A stretch of 5,867 nucleotides of DNA from an uncultured Gammaproteobacteria bacterium (GTDB lineage Bacteria; Patescibacteriota; Patescibacteriia; UBA2591; UBA6264). This document shows positions 1-5,702 of this stretch, in pieces. The DNA is taken from assembly GCA_964617525.1 (NCBI GenBank), contig CAZTWG010000021.1:2565-8431 (forward strand), read 5' to 3'. The first letter of the stretch is position 1. Every line of letters begins with the position of its first letter. Position numbers and translations under genes: made by a program. The notes beneath the pieces were generated by a model. That model did no database searches and was not told the DNA's origin. It saw only the letters and a list, made by a program, of their open reading frames with translations.

Positions 1-396
1 ACTCCATGCAATTCCTAATGGGAGTTTCTCAGAAAAATACAGAATAAAACCAAGAATCAATCCCCCTTCTGCTAATCCGAACAAAGCTCCAGCTAAACGG
101 TTAAAAACTTTTAAAATTGAAAAATCAAAAACTTTGTTAAGACCTCGGAATATAAAGAAAATAATTGCTTGCGCAATAAAAAAAATAAGAAGAAAAGATA
201 AAATCCTGGATAAAATGAAATTATCCTTTAAAAGAGGCAAGATTTTTAAAGCTAAAAATTCATACCAACGAGAAGCAATCACCAAAGACAAAACAAAAGC
301 TACTATACCGCTAATAGTTCTAATTAGGCCATGCCAAAGCCCAAACCAAACAAAACCAAATAGGATAAGCAATAAAATTAAATCAAATAAACCCAT
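1..396 (-). CDS. cvpA: CvpA-family (colicin V production type) integral membrane protein. Only the N-terminal 132 codons are present; the gene continues past the left edge.
   Basis: Hand translation of the reverse strand from the ATG at 396-394 gives an open frame all the way to position 1: MGLFDLILLLILFGFVWFGLWHGLIRTISGIVAFVLSLVIASRWYEFLALKILPLLKDNFILSRILSFLLIFFIAQAIIFFIFRGLNKVFDFSILKVFNRLAGALFGLAEGGLILGFILYFSEKLPLGIAWS. It contains several hydrophobic helices. The segment NRLAGALFGLAEGGLIL lines up with E. coli CvpA DRVLGVCFGALRGVLIV (recalled from memory). It is absent from the ORF track because no stop codon lies inside the window. The K-rich + strand ORF 134-409 is its antisense shadow. 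Confidence 0.75.
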   Translation of the reverse strand, partial: MGLFDLILLLILFGFVWFGLWHGLIRTISGIVAFVLSLVIASRWYEFLALKILPLLKDNFILSRILSFLLIFFIAQAIIFFIFRGLNKVFDFSILKVFNRLAGALFGLAEGGLILGFILYFSEKLPLGIAWS

Positions 397-408
397 ATAT
401 GTTAATTA

Positions 409-437
409 ATTAACTAAATAGTCTTATTTAATGTCAA
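409..437 (-). promoter_or_regulatory. Candidate sigma70-type promoter for the cvpA-like gene
   Basis: On the minus strand there is a perfect TTGACA at 437-432, a 17-nt spacer, then GTTAAT at 414-409 (4 of 6 matches to TATAAT). This would give a very short leader of about 5-6 nt before the ATG at 396. AT-rich hexamers are common in this sequence, so the -10 assignment is weak. Confidence 0.2.
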
Positions 438-459
438 CGACTGACGTTTTCCAGTCGCT
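436..459 (-). terminator. Hairpin downstream of metG; possible weak intrinsic terminator or operon boundary
   Basis: As minus-strand RNA it reads AGCGACUG-GAAAACGU-CAGUCGUU, an 8-bp stem with one G-U pair (that position is an A-C mismatch on the + strand). It begins 33 nt after the metG stop codon. It is the most G+C-rich stem in the gap. The trailing sequence UUGACAUUAAAU is only moderately U-rich, so it is not a canonical terminator. Confidence 0.3.
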
Positions 460-491
460 CCCCTTAGAGGTCAATTTGAGTTTATGTTGTT

Positions 492-1997
492 TTACAGTCT
501 GGGGAATAAAATTTCTCCTTGAGAAACTTTCTTGAAACTTGTTTTGCCCCATTGTTTGCTAGACGACAAAGGCTTCTTTTTCTCCGAGCTTCCTAGTCCT
601 AAACTTTTTAAAATTGCGTCACTCTTGTCAGGCATAAAGGGTTGAACAAGTAGAGCAATATGACGTAAACTCTCTAATAAGTTATAAATTACATTCTTGT
701 AATGAGCGAAATCATCTTTCAATAATTTCCAAGGTTTATTTTTGTCTATATAACGATCACAAAACCCTATAAAACCTTGAATACTTGCAGTAACTGTTTC
801 AAATTTCAATTCATCAAGAGAAACTTCATAGTTTTCCCATAAAGTTTTAATTTCTTTCTTAAACATCTGTTGGGTTTTGCGAGGAGGCAAAAATTCTTCA
901 TTAGCTTTTTCTGCTAGAGACAGAACCCTCCTTAACAAATTCCCTAAACCATTAGATAAATCAGCATTATATTTATCATAAAATTTTGATTGTGAAATAT
1001 CACCGTCATTACCAAAAGGGAAAGAAGAGAGCATTAACCAGCGTAGAGCATCTGTTCCAAAAATTGTCGCCATTTCTTCCGGGTCAATAGTATTCCCGGC
1101 AGATTTACCCATTTTTTGTCCATTTATTGTAAAAAATCCGTGGATATATAGTTTGCGTGGAAGAGGAATGTCTAAAGCTAAAAGTAAAGCTGGCCAAATA
1201 ATGGCGTGAAATCTTAAAATATCTTTACCTAACAACTGAACGTTTGGTGGCCATTGGTCAGAAATTTTATTTGTCTGACCATCCCAACCCAAACCAGAAA
1301 GATAATTTAATAAAGCGTCTATCCAAACATAAATAGTCTGTTTATTGTCCCAAGGTAGAGGGATTCCCCATTTTATATTAGCTCTAGAAATAGCTAAATC
1401 TTCTAATTTGTTTAATTCTAAAAAACTAAGAATTTCACTTCTTCTTTCTATTGGCTTAATAAGCAACTTACCGCTTTTGATTAGTTTTAATAATTTTTTC
1501 TGAAAAATTGATAATTTAAAAAAATAGCAATCTTCTGACAAACTAATTGCTTTTTTTCTATGAATAGGACACTCCCCTTTAATAAGCTCTTTAGACGTAT
1601 AAAATCTTTCACAACCAACACAGTAAAGCCCCTTATAAACACCTTTATAAATTAAGTTCTGGTTATTTAATCTTTCTAATATTTTGGCCACCATTTTTTC
1701 GTGTTCGGGATTAGTTGTCCTGACAAAATTATCATAAGAAATTTTTAGAGTGTCCCAAGCCTCTTCATATTTAGCTGAATTTTGGTTGCACAATTCTTGA
1801 GGTTCTATTTTTTTCTTTTCGGCAGTTTCAGCCACCTTGGCGCCATGCTCATCAGTGCCAGTCAAAAAAAATACTTTTTCCCCTTTCATTCTATGAAACC
1901 TCGCTAAAACATCGGCAGCAACAGTAGTATAAGCGCTACCTAAATGAGGTTTTCTGTTAACATAATAAATTGGAGTAGTAATATAAAATTTTTTCAT
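492..1997 (-). CDS. metG: Methionine--tRNA ligase (MetRS), short form lacking a C-terminal tRNA-binding appendage
   Basis: The 501-aa ORF starts with ATG. It has the class I aaRS signatures: a HIGH-type motif (P-HLGS-AYT at residues 17-20) and a KMSKS-type motif (KMGKS at residues 295-299). It has a single zinc knuckle, C126-x2-C129-x13-C143-x2-H146. The N-terminus FYITTPIYYVN and the anticodon-binding-domain WKL motif (KPWKLLKDD) are typical of MetRS. Confidence 0.95.
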   Translation of the reverse strand: MKKFYITTPIYYVNRKPHLGSAYTTVAADVLARFHRMKGEKVFFLTGTDEHGAKVAETAEKKKIEPQELCNQNSAKYEEAWDTLKISYDNFVRTTNPEHEKMVAKILERLNNQNLIYKGVYKGLYCVGCERFYTSKELIKGECPIHRKKAISLSEDCYFFKLSIFQKKLLKLIKSGKLLIKPIERRSEILSFLELNKLEDLAISRANIKWGIPLPWDNKQTIYVWIDALLNYLSGLGWDGQTNKISDQWPPNVQLLGKDILRFHAIIWPALLLALDIPLPRKLYIHGFFTINGQKMGKSAGNTIDPEEMATIFGTDALRWLMLSSFPFGNDGDISQSKFYDKYNADLSNGLGNLLRRVLSLAEKANEEFLPPRKTQQMFKKEIKTLWENYEVSLDELKFETVTASIQGFIGFCDRYIDKNKPWKLLKDDFAHYKNVIYNLLESLRHIALLVQPFMPDKSDAILKSLGLGSSEKKKPLSSSKQWGKTSFKKVSQGEILFPRL

Positions 1998-2007
1998 AAA
2001 AATAAAA

Positions 2008-2676
2008 TTATTTATTTTCTATAATAACTGTAAATTCTCCTTTTAGTGCTCTGTCTTTCATTAAAGGCAATAAATCTTCAACAGTCCCCCTGTAAATAGT
2101 TTCAAATTTCTTGGTTAATTCTCGACAAATTACAACTTTCTTTTTCAAATTTAATTCTAATAAAATATTTAAAGTTTTTTGAATTCTATGACCTGATTCA
2201 TAAAAAGCGCTAGTTAGGGAACTATTTGCTATCTCTTCTAAAATTTTACGACGGTGCTTTTTTTTAGGGATAAAGCCATAAAAAATAAATTTATCCGTAG
2301 GAAAACCCGAAATAGATAAGGCTGCAGTTAAGGCACAAGGTCCAGGGATAGGGACTACTTTGAGGTTATCTATTTTTTCAATTGCCAAATTAATTAATTT
2401 ATTCCCAGGGTCTGATATGCCGGGAGTGCCAGCATCAGACACTAAAGCAATGTTATATTCTTTAGATAAAAGATCTAAAATATAATTAATCTTTCTTTGG
2501 CTAGAATGCTGATGATAACTAATCAATTTATTTGAAATATTGTAAAAAGACAAAAGTTTTTGAGTGTGCCTAGTATCTTCGCAAAGAACAAAATTTACGC
2601 TTCTCAAAATTTCTAAAGCTCTAGGACTAATATCCCGAAGATTCCCGATAGGTGTTGCAACGATATATAAATTCAT
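2008..2676 (-). CDS. rsmI: 16S rRNA (cytidine1402-2'-O)-methyltransferase RsmI
   Basis: The product carries the RsmI / tetrapyrrole-methylase-fold motifs: LYIVATPIGNLRDIS, CEDTRHT, LVSDAGTPGISDPG, PGPCALTAALSISGFP and FYESGHR. The track ORF (2008-2730) begins at a TTG at 2730-2728. I prefer the in-frame ATG at 2676-2674, which gives MNLYIVATPIGN, the usual family N-terminus. The TTG remains possible because TAAGGT lies 4 nt upstream of it. Linkage of rsmI with metG is also seen in Bacillus subtilis (yabC-abrB-metS, recalled from memory). Confidence 0.9.
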   Translation of the reverse strand: MNLYIVATPIGNLRDISPRALEILRSVNFVLCEDTRHTQKLLSFYNISNKLISYHQHSSQRKINYILDLLSKEYNIALVSDAGTPGISDPGNKLINLAIEKIDNLKVVPIPGPCALTAALSISGFPTDKFIFYGFIPKKKHRRKILEEIANSSLTSAFYESGHRIQKTLNILLELNLKKKVVICRELTKKFETIYRGTVEDLLPLMKDRALKGEFTVIIENK

Positions 2677-2805
2677 GCCAAAAAATATTAAAATTTTAGA
2701 ACGAAGCGAATCAAGTTTTAATATAATCAAATTACCTTATTTTTTTTATGATAAATTTGATTTCAAGATTCTGAAGCGAAGCGAAAGGTTCTTATATTTT
2801 TGAGC

Positions 2806-2923
2806 ACCCTGTTAAATAATTTTGCCTTTGGCGAAATTACTGCATAGCAGTATTTAACAAGGTAGTCGTCTTTGTTGCTGGAAAATCTTTGCCCTACGGG
2901 TTTGGTTTTATTAGACAAAGTCG
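2806..2923. other. Densely base-paired non-coding element: a three-way junction (2806-2863) followed by a long imperfect hairpin (2867-2923). It is a candidate structured RNA or cis-regulatory element of unknown class.
   Basis: All pairings were read directly from the sequence.
- Outer stem: 2806-2817 pairs with 2852-2863 (11 pairs plus one C-A mismatch at 2809/2860).
- Hairpin 1: 2818-2826 pairs with 2830-2838 (9 bp, loop TTT).
- Hairpin 2: 2839-2843 pairs with 2847-2851 (5 bp, loop ATA).
- There are no unpaired junction nucleotides.
- Second domain: 2867-2868 with 2922-2923, 2870-2876 with 2914-2920, 2882-2887 with 2904-2909, and 2891-2894 with 2898-2901 (loop TAC).
- Four non-Watson-Crick positions are G-U pairs only if the + strand is the RNA (2823/2833, 2876/2914, 2886/2905, 2891/2901). 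One is a G-U pair only on the minus strand (2809/2860).
- A TATATT box at 2793-2798 lies about 7 nt upstream of the structure on the + strand.
- No ORF is present on either strand. Confidence 0.4.
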
Positions 2924-4306
2924 CTATTTAACTGGTAAACCTAATGGCGGCTCACCTCTTTTGCTACTAGTCTTTTTAACAAGAGAAGCTTTAACTATAT
3001 TAACCGGGAAGTGATAAATAGTTGCCAATTCCTCAGTATTTAAAATAGTCTTCTCTGATTTAGGTTCAGGGATAGTCAAGAATTTTTTAACCCTAGAAAT
3101 TACTTTAGGAAAACCGCTTTTTACTTTCCAAGAAAAAGCTCTTTTTTTATAAGCTTTAAGAATTTCTTGTTTGCGGAGGTCTAGAATCTTATTGCTTTGC
3201 AGATTTTTTTTAATAATACCAGTAGTTAATGAAACTTTAAAACTATTCATATCTATGGACCTAAAAGCGTTGAAAGCTCCTAAAATTCCTGTTATCCCTC
3301 TATCTTTAACAAAAACTTCTTTGTCTGCTAAATAAATTATTCTAATACAGGATTTAAAAGCAATTTTAGATATTTTATTCTGGATTGCGTCAATTAAACG
3401 CTTATCGCCAGGCAGAGAAACATGTTTTTCTTTACTTTCGTCAAAACTATCTGTTGTTGGATGAAGATTTAAAACTTCTTTTAAAAATTCTAGAACATTT
3501 TGCGTAAATTTAATTAAAGAAAACGCCGTCTTGTCTACAATATTATCTTTAGCTTTTTTGTTAAGATTTTCCCCGAGTAAAATATTTTTTATTAATCTCT
3601 GCCCATCCGCCTTTAACTCCGATTTAATTGGACTAACAATAAATTGAATCCAGACTTGTTCGCTCTCCCTTAAACTGCCTAGAATTTCGAAAAGATCTGT
3701 CAAAGGGTCTTCTAGTTCTTTACTAAATTTATGTCCAGATTCAGAATAAGTTTTTATTGGAATAGGATTCTGTTCGGACAACGTAAGATCTGCTCCCCAA
3801 ACATTACATTGGTCTTCTAAAAAATCTTCTAAAGCATCCTCAGAATAATCTTCGTCTTGTTCAAAAATTTCTAAATCAGGATAAGATGTGTAAATAGCCG
3901 ATTTAACCAAATCACGAAATTGAACCGGAGTATATATAAAAAATTGAATTTGTCCCTCAATGCTAGCTACTTCTAAAGATATATTAAGTTGTGTCTTTCC
4001 CTGAATATTCTTTTCATACCAAGTGGCTTCTTCTTTAATCCCAGCTAAATGCACAAAAAACTTTTCTATCGCCTCTGGGCCTTGTTTATTATCCTTAGGC
4101 ATGCTAACGCCCAAAAGCACATATTTTTGTTGACTCAAAAATTTCTTCTTATTCTTATCTACCCAATGTTTCCATAATATTCTTAAAATTAAAAGAGCTA
4201 GTAGAATCCAAATCCCATAGCCCAAAAAAAATCGAAAAAAATAATAAAAACCTGTCTCTAGATAAAATGACAAAAGATTTGGATTAGATATAAAATCAAA
4301 ATTCAT
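2924..4306 (-). CDS. Uncharacterised membrane-anchored protein: an N-terminal transmembrane helix followed by a soluble domain of about 400 aa predicted to be cytoplasmic
   Basis: This long ORF (462 codons from the TTG at 4312, 460 from the ATG at 4306) is in the same orientation as its neighbours and begins 16 nt after the dnaJ stop codon.
- The hydrophobic segment FFLGYGIWILLALLILRILW (about residues 28-47) is followed by KHWVDKNKKKF. By the positive-inside rule this places the rest of the protein in the cytoplasm.
- There is an acidic patch, EIFEQDEDYSEDALEDFLEDQ (residues 148-168).
- The C-terminus is basic and contains LNTEELATIYHFP (residues 424-436) and ends in PPLGLPVK.
- I found no Walker A, HxH, DEAD or other catalytic signature. 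Confidence 0.85.
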   Translation of the reverse strand: MNFDFISNPNLLSFYLETGFYYFFRFFLGYGIWILLALLILRILWKHWVDKNKKKFLSQQKYVLLGVSMPKDNKQGPEAIEKFFVHLAGIKEEATWYEKNIQGKTQLNISLEVASIEGQIQFFIYTPVQFRDLVKSAIYTSYPDLEIFEQDEDYSEDALEDFLEDQCNVWGADLTLSEQNPIPIKTYSESGHKFSKELEDPLTDLFEILGSLRESEQVWIQFIVSPIKSELKADGQRLIKNILLGENLNKKAKDNIVDKTAFSLIKFTQNVLEFLKEVLNLHPTTDSFDESKEKHVSLPGDKRLIDAIQNKISKIAFKSCIRIIYLADKEVFVKDRGITGILGAFNAFRSIDMNSFKVSLTTGIIKKNLQSNKILDLRKQEILKAYKKRAFSWKVKSGFPKVISRVKKFLTIPEPKSEKTILNTEELATIYHFPVNIVKASLVKKTSSKRGEPPLGLPVK

Positions 4307-4322
4307 ATACAAAATAATGTAT

Positions 4323-5417
4323 TTAAAGACCCTCTTTAGATAATTTTTTTAACAAATCTTTCTGTTTAGAGGTTAAACGTTTTGGAATTTTAATCTTAAT
4401 TTTGACAATTTGATTTCCTTTCTTTGCCACTCCTTTTCCTTTTAGACGAAACTCCTGACCAGACGAGGTTCCTGACGGAATTTTTAAACTCACATCACCA
4501 TATAAAGTTTTTACATTAACCTTATCTCCTAAAATAGCCTGAGAAACTGAAATCTCCTGCTCTGTGAAAATGTGATTTCCTTGACGTTGGAAAAACGGAT
4601 CTGGACGCACTGCAACTATAACATATAAATTACCTTGTGGTCCACCCAATTTCCCAGCCTCTCCATATCCAGGGAATTTAATAGTTTGTCCATTATCGAC
4701 TCCAGCTGGTATTTTAATCTTAATTTTAGAAAATTCTTTAACTCGTCCCTGCCCATAACAATAATGACATTTTTTCTCAGGAATATTTCCTTGCCCATGG
4801 CATTCTGGACATACTTTTCTGGTCCTAATATTTCCTAAGAAAGTTGCTTGAGTCTGGATAATTTCCCCTTCTCCGTGACAGGAAGGACAAACAGTCATTT
4901 TACTACCAGGCTCTAAACACGTGCCATTACATTTTGGACATTTCACATATCTCTCAAAGCGAAGTTCTTTCTCTGTGCCAAAAATTGCCTCCTTAAAATC
5001 GATGACCAAACGAACCTGAATATCTCTTCCCTGATTGGCAGACTTTGCCCTTGCAAATCCTTGTCTACCACCAAATAAATCTCCAAATATATCTCCTAAT
5101 CCACTAAAGCCAGAACTATTAAAATCAGAATTATCACCTTTCATAGCGTCCGCATAAGAGGCAAAATCATTAAAATCAAAACCGCTAAAGCCTCCCTGAG
5201 CTTGAGCTTGTTCAAATTTTGACCCGTACTGGTCATACATTTTGCGTTTTTCGGGGTCAGAAATGGCTTGATAAGCGGTATTTATTTCTTTAAATTTTTG
5301 AGCATCTCCTCCGGCTTTATCTGGATGATATTTGTGAGCTAATTTTCTAAATGCTTTTTTAATCTCTGAAGATGAAGCATTTTTCTCAACTCCTAATATT
5401 TTATAATAATCTATCAT
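4323..5417 (-). CDS. dnaJ: Molecular chaperone DnaJ (type I Hsp40)
   Basis: The 364-aa ORF starts with ATG. It has a J domain with DYYKILGV and the HPD motif (residues 31-33), and a Gly/Phe-rich linker (GGFSGFDFNDF ... GDIFGDLFGG). It has four zinc-finger repeats: C160PKCNGTC, C177PSCHGEG, C203PECHGQG and C217HYCYGQG. The C-terminal substrate-binding domains follow. Confidence 0.95.
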   Translation of the reverse strand: MIDYYKILGVEKNASSSEIKKAFRKLAHKYHPDKAGGDAQKFKEINTAYQAISDPEKRKMYDQYGSKFEQAQAQGGFSGFDFNDFASYADAMKGDNSDFNSSGFSGLGDIFGDLFGGRQGFARAKSANQGRDIQVRLVIDFKEAIFGTEKELRFERYVKCPKCNGTCLEPGSKMTVCPSCHGEGEIIQTQATFLGNIRTRKVCPECHGQGNIPEKKCHYCYGQGRVKEFSKIKIKIPAGVDNGQTIKFPGYGEAGKLGGPQGNLYVIVAVRPDPFFQRQGNHIFTEQEISVSQAILGDKVNVKTLYGDVSLKIPSGTSSGQEFRLKGKGVAKKGNQIVKIKIKIPKRLTSKQKDLLKKLSKEGL

Positions 5418-5437
5418 AATAAATATTTAGCATAAAG

Positions 5438-5508
5438 CAGGGGCGAGAGGAATCGAACCTCTGACAAAAGTTTTGGAGACTCTTATGATACCACTTCACC
5501 ACGCCCCC
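5438..5508 (-). tRNA. trpT: tRNA-Trp (anticodon CCA); the 3' CCA is not encoded
   Basis: The reverse complement folds as a cloverleaf: GGGGGCG-TG-GTGA-AGTGGTA-TCAT-A-AGAGT-CTCCAAA-ACTTT-TGTC-AGAGG-TTCGATT-CCTCT-CGCCCCT-G. All four stems pair, with G1-U72 and G10-U25 wobbles. The anticodon loop is CT-CCA-AA, the T-loop is TTCGATT and the discriminator is G73. It resembles E. coli tRNA-Trp (AGGGGCG...CUCCAAA...CGCCCCUG, from memory). The next bases are CT, so CCA must be added after transcription. Confidence 0.9.
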
Positions 5509-5523
5509 ATATAAAAAAATGAG

Positions 5524-5679
5524 TTATTTTGTTTCTTTATGAAGAGTATGTTTTCTGCACCAACGACAATATTTTTTTAATTCTAATCTGTCTTTGTTGG
5601 TTTTTTTGTTCTTTCTAGAGTAATAATTTATACGATGACACTCACTACACTCTAGTTTAATTAAATTGTCTTGGGACAT
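5524..5679 (-). CDS. rpmG: 50S ribosomal protein L33, zinc-binding (C+) form
   Basis: It is not in the ORF track (51 aa). Hand translation of the reverse strand from the ATG at 5679-5677 to the TAA at 5526-5524 gives [51 protein letters not shown]. This has the L33 hallmarks: CxxC ... [20 protein letters not shown]. Confidence 0.9.
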   Translation of the reverse strand: MSQDNLIKLECSECHRINYYSRKNKKTNKDRLELKKYCRWCRKHTLHKETK

Positions 5680-5702
5680 AATGTTTTGTTTTAATTTATT
5701 TA

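Noticed and set aside
134-409. A 91-aa + strand ORF in the supplied track: Lys-rich and low-complexity (MLRPRNIKKIIACAIKKIRRKDK...)
   Set aside because: It lies entirely antisense to a well-formed CvpA-family reading frame at 1-396 on the minus strand. Its K/N/I-rich composition is what the complement of a Phe/Leu/Ile-rich membrane protein produces in AT-rich DNA. It has no recognisable motif.
2786-2795. The 10-mer AGGTTCTTAT is shared between 2786-2795 and 5844-5853. Both copies are in putative upstream regions on the minus strand, where the sequence reads ATAAGAACCT.
   Set aside because: My rough estimate is that tens of exact 10-mer coincidences are expected by chance within a window of about 5.9 kb with this composition. 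Even restricted to intergenic sequence the expectation is not far below one. It is noted but not treated as a regulatory motif without genome-wide enrichment.
2564-2803. A 79-aa + strand ORF in the track
   Set aside because: Most of it is antisense to the strongly conserved N-terminal part of rsmI, and the rest runs into the non-coding gap. It is low-complexity and has no motifs.
2807-2862. XerC/D dif-like arms. TGTTAAAT occurs as an inverted pair (2810-2817 and 2852-2859) and resembles the XerD arm of E. coli dif (TTATGTTAAAT).
   Set aside because: The two arms are separated by 34 bp rather than the 6-bp central region of dif sites. The match is only 8 nt of A/T-rich sequence. The intervening sequence forms its own hairpins, which fits the structured-element interpretation better.
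2677-2923. A possible T-box leader regulating rsmI-metG. The gap is about 250 nt and sits upstream of an aminoacyl-tRNA synthetase operon, and AGGGUG is present on the minus strand.
   Set aside because: Only AGGGUG matches the T-box core (AGGGUGGNACCGCG), and the remainder (CUCAAAAA) does not. I found no recognisable Stem I with a GA/K-turn motif or an AUG specifier loop. I found no antiterminator/terminator pair ending in a U-run. rsmI also lies between the gap and metG.
4616-4838. Two short ORFs nested inside dnaJ: 4616-4798 on the minus strand (out of frame) and 4635-4838 on the + strand
   Set aside because: Both are fully contained within the conserved zinc-finger and C-terminal domain region of dnaJ. 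Both are just above the track length cutoff. There is no independent evidence for overlapping genes.
5438-5508. The idea that dnaJ plus the uncharacterised gene form an island integrated at tRNA-Trp
   Set aside because: There is no integrase or recombinase. I found no direct repeat of the tRNA-Trp 3' end in the downstream non-coding gaps. I saw no obvious compositional shift by eye, and dnaJ is a core gene. I kept only the milder synteny-break observation.
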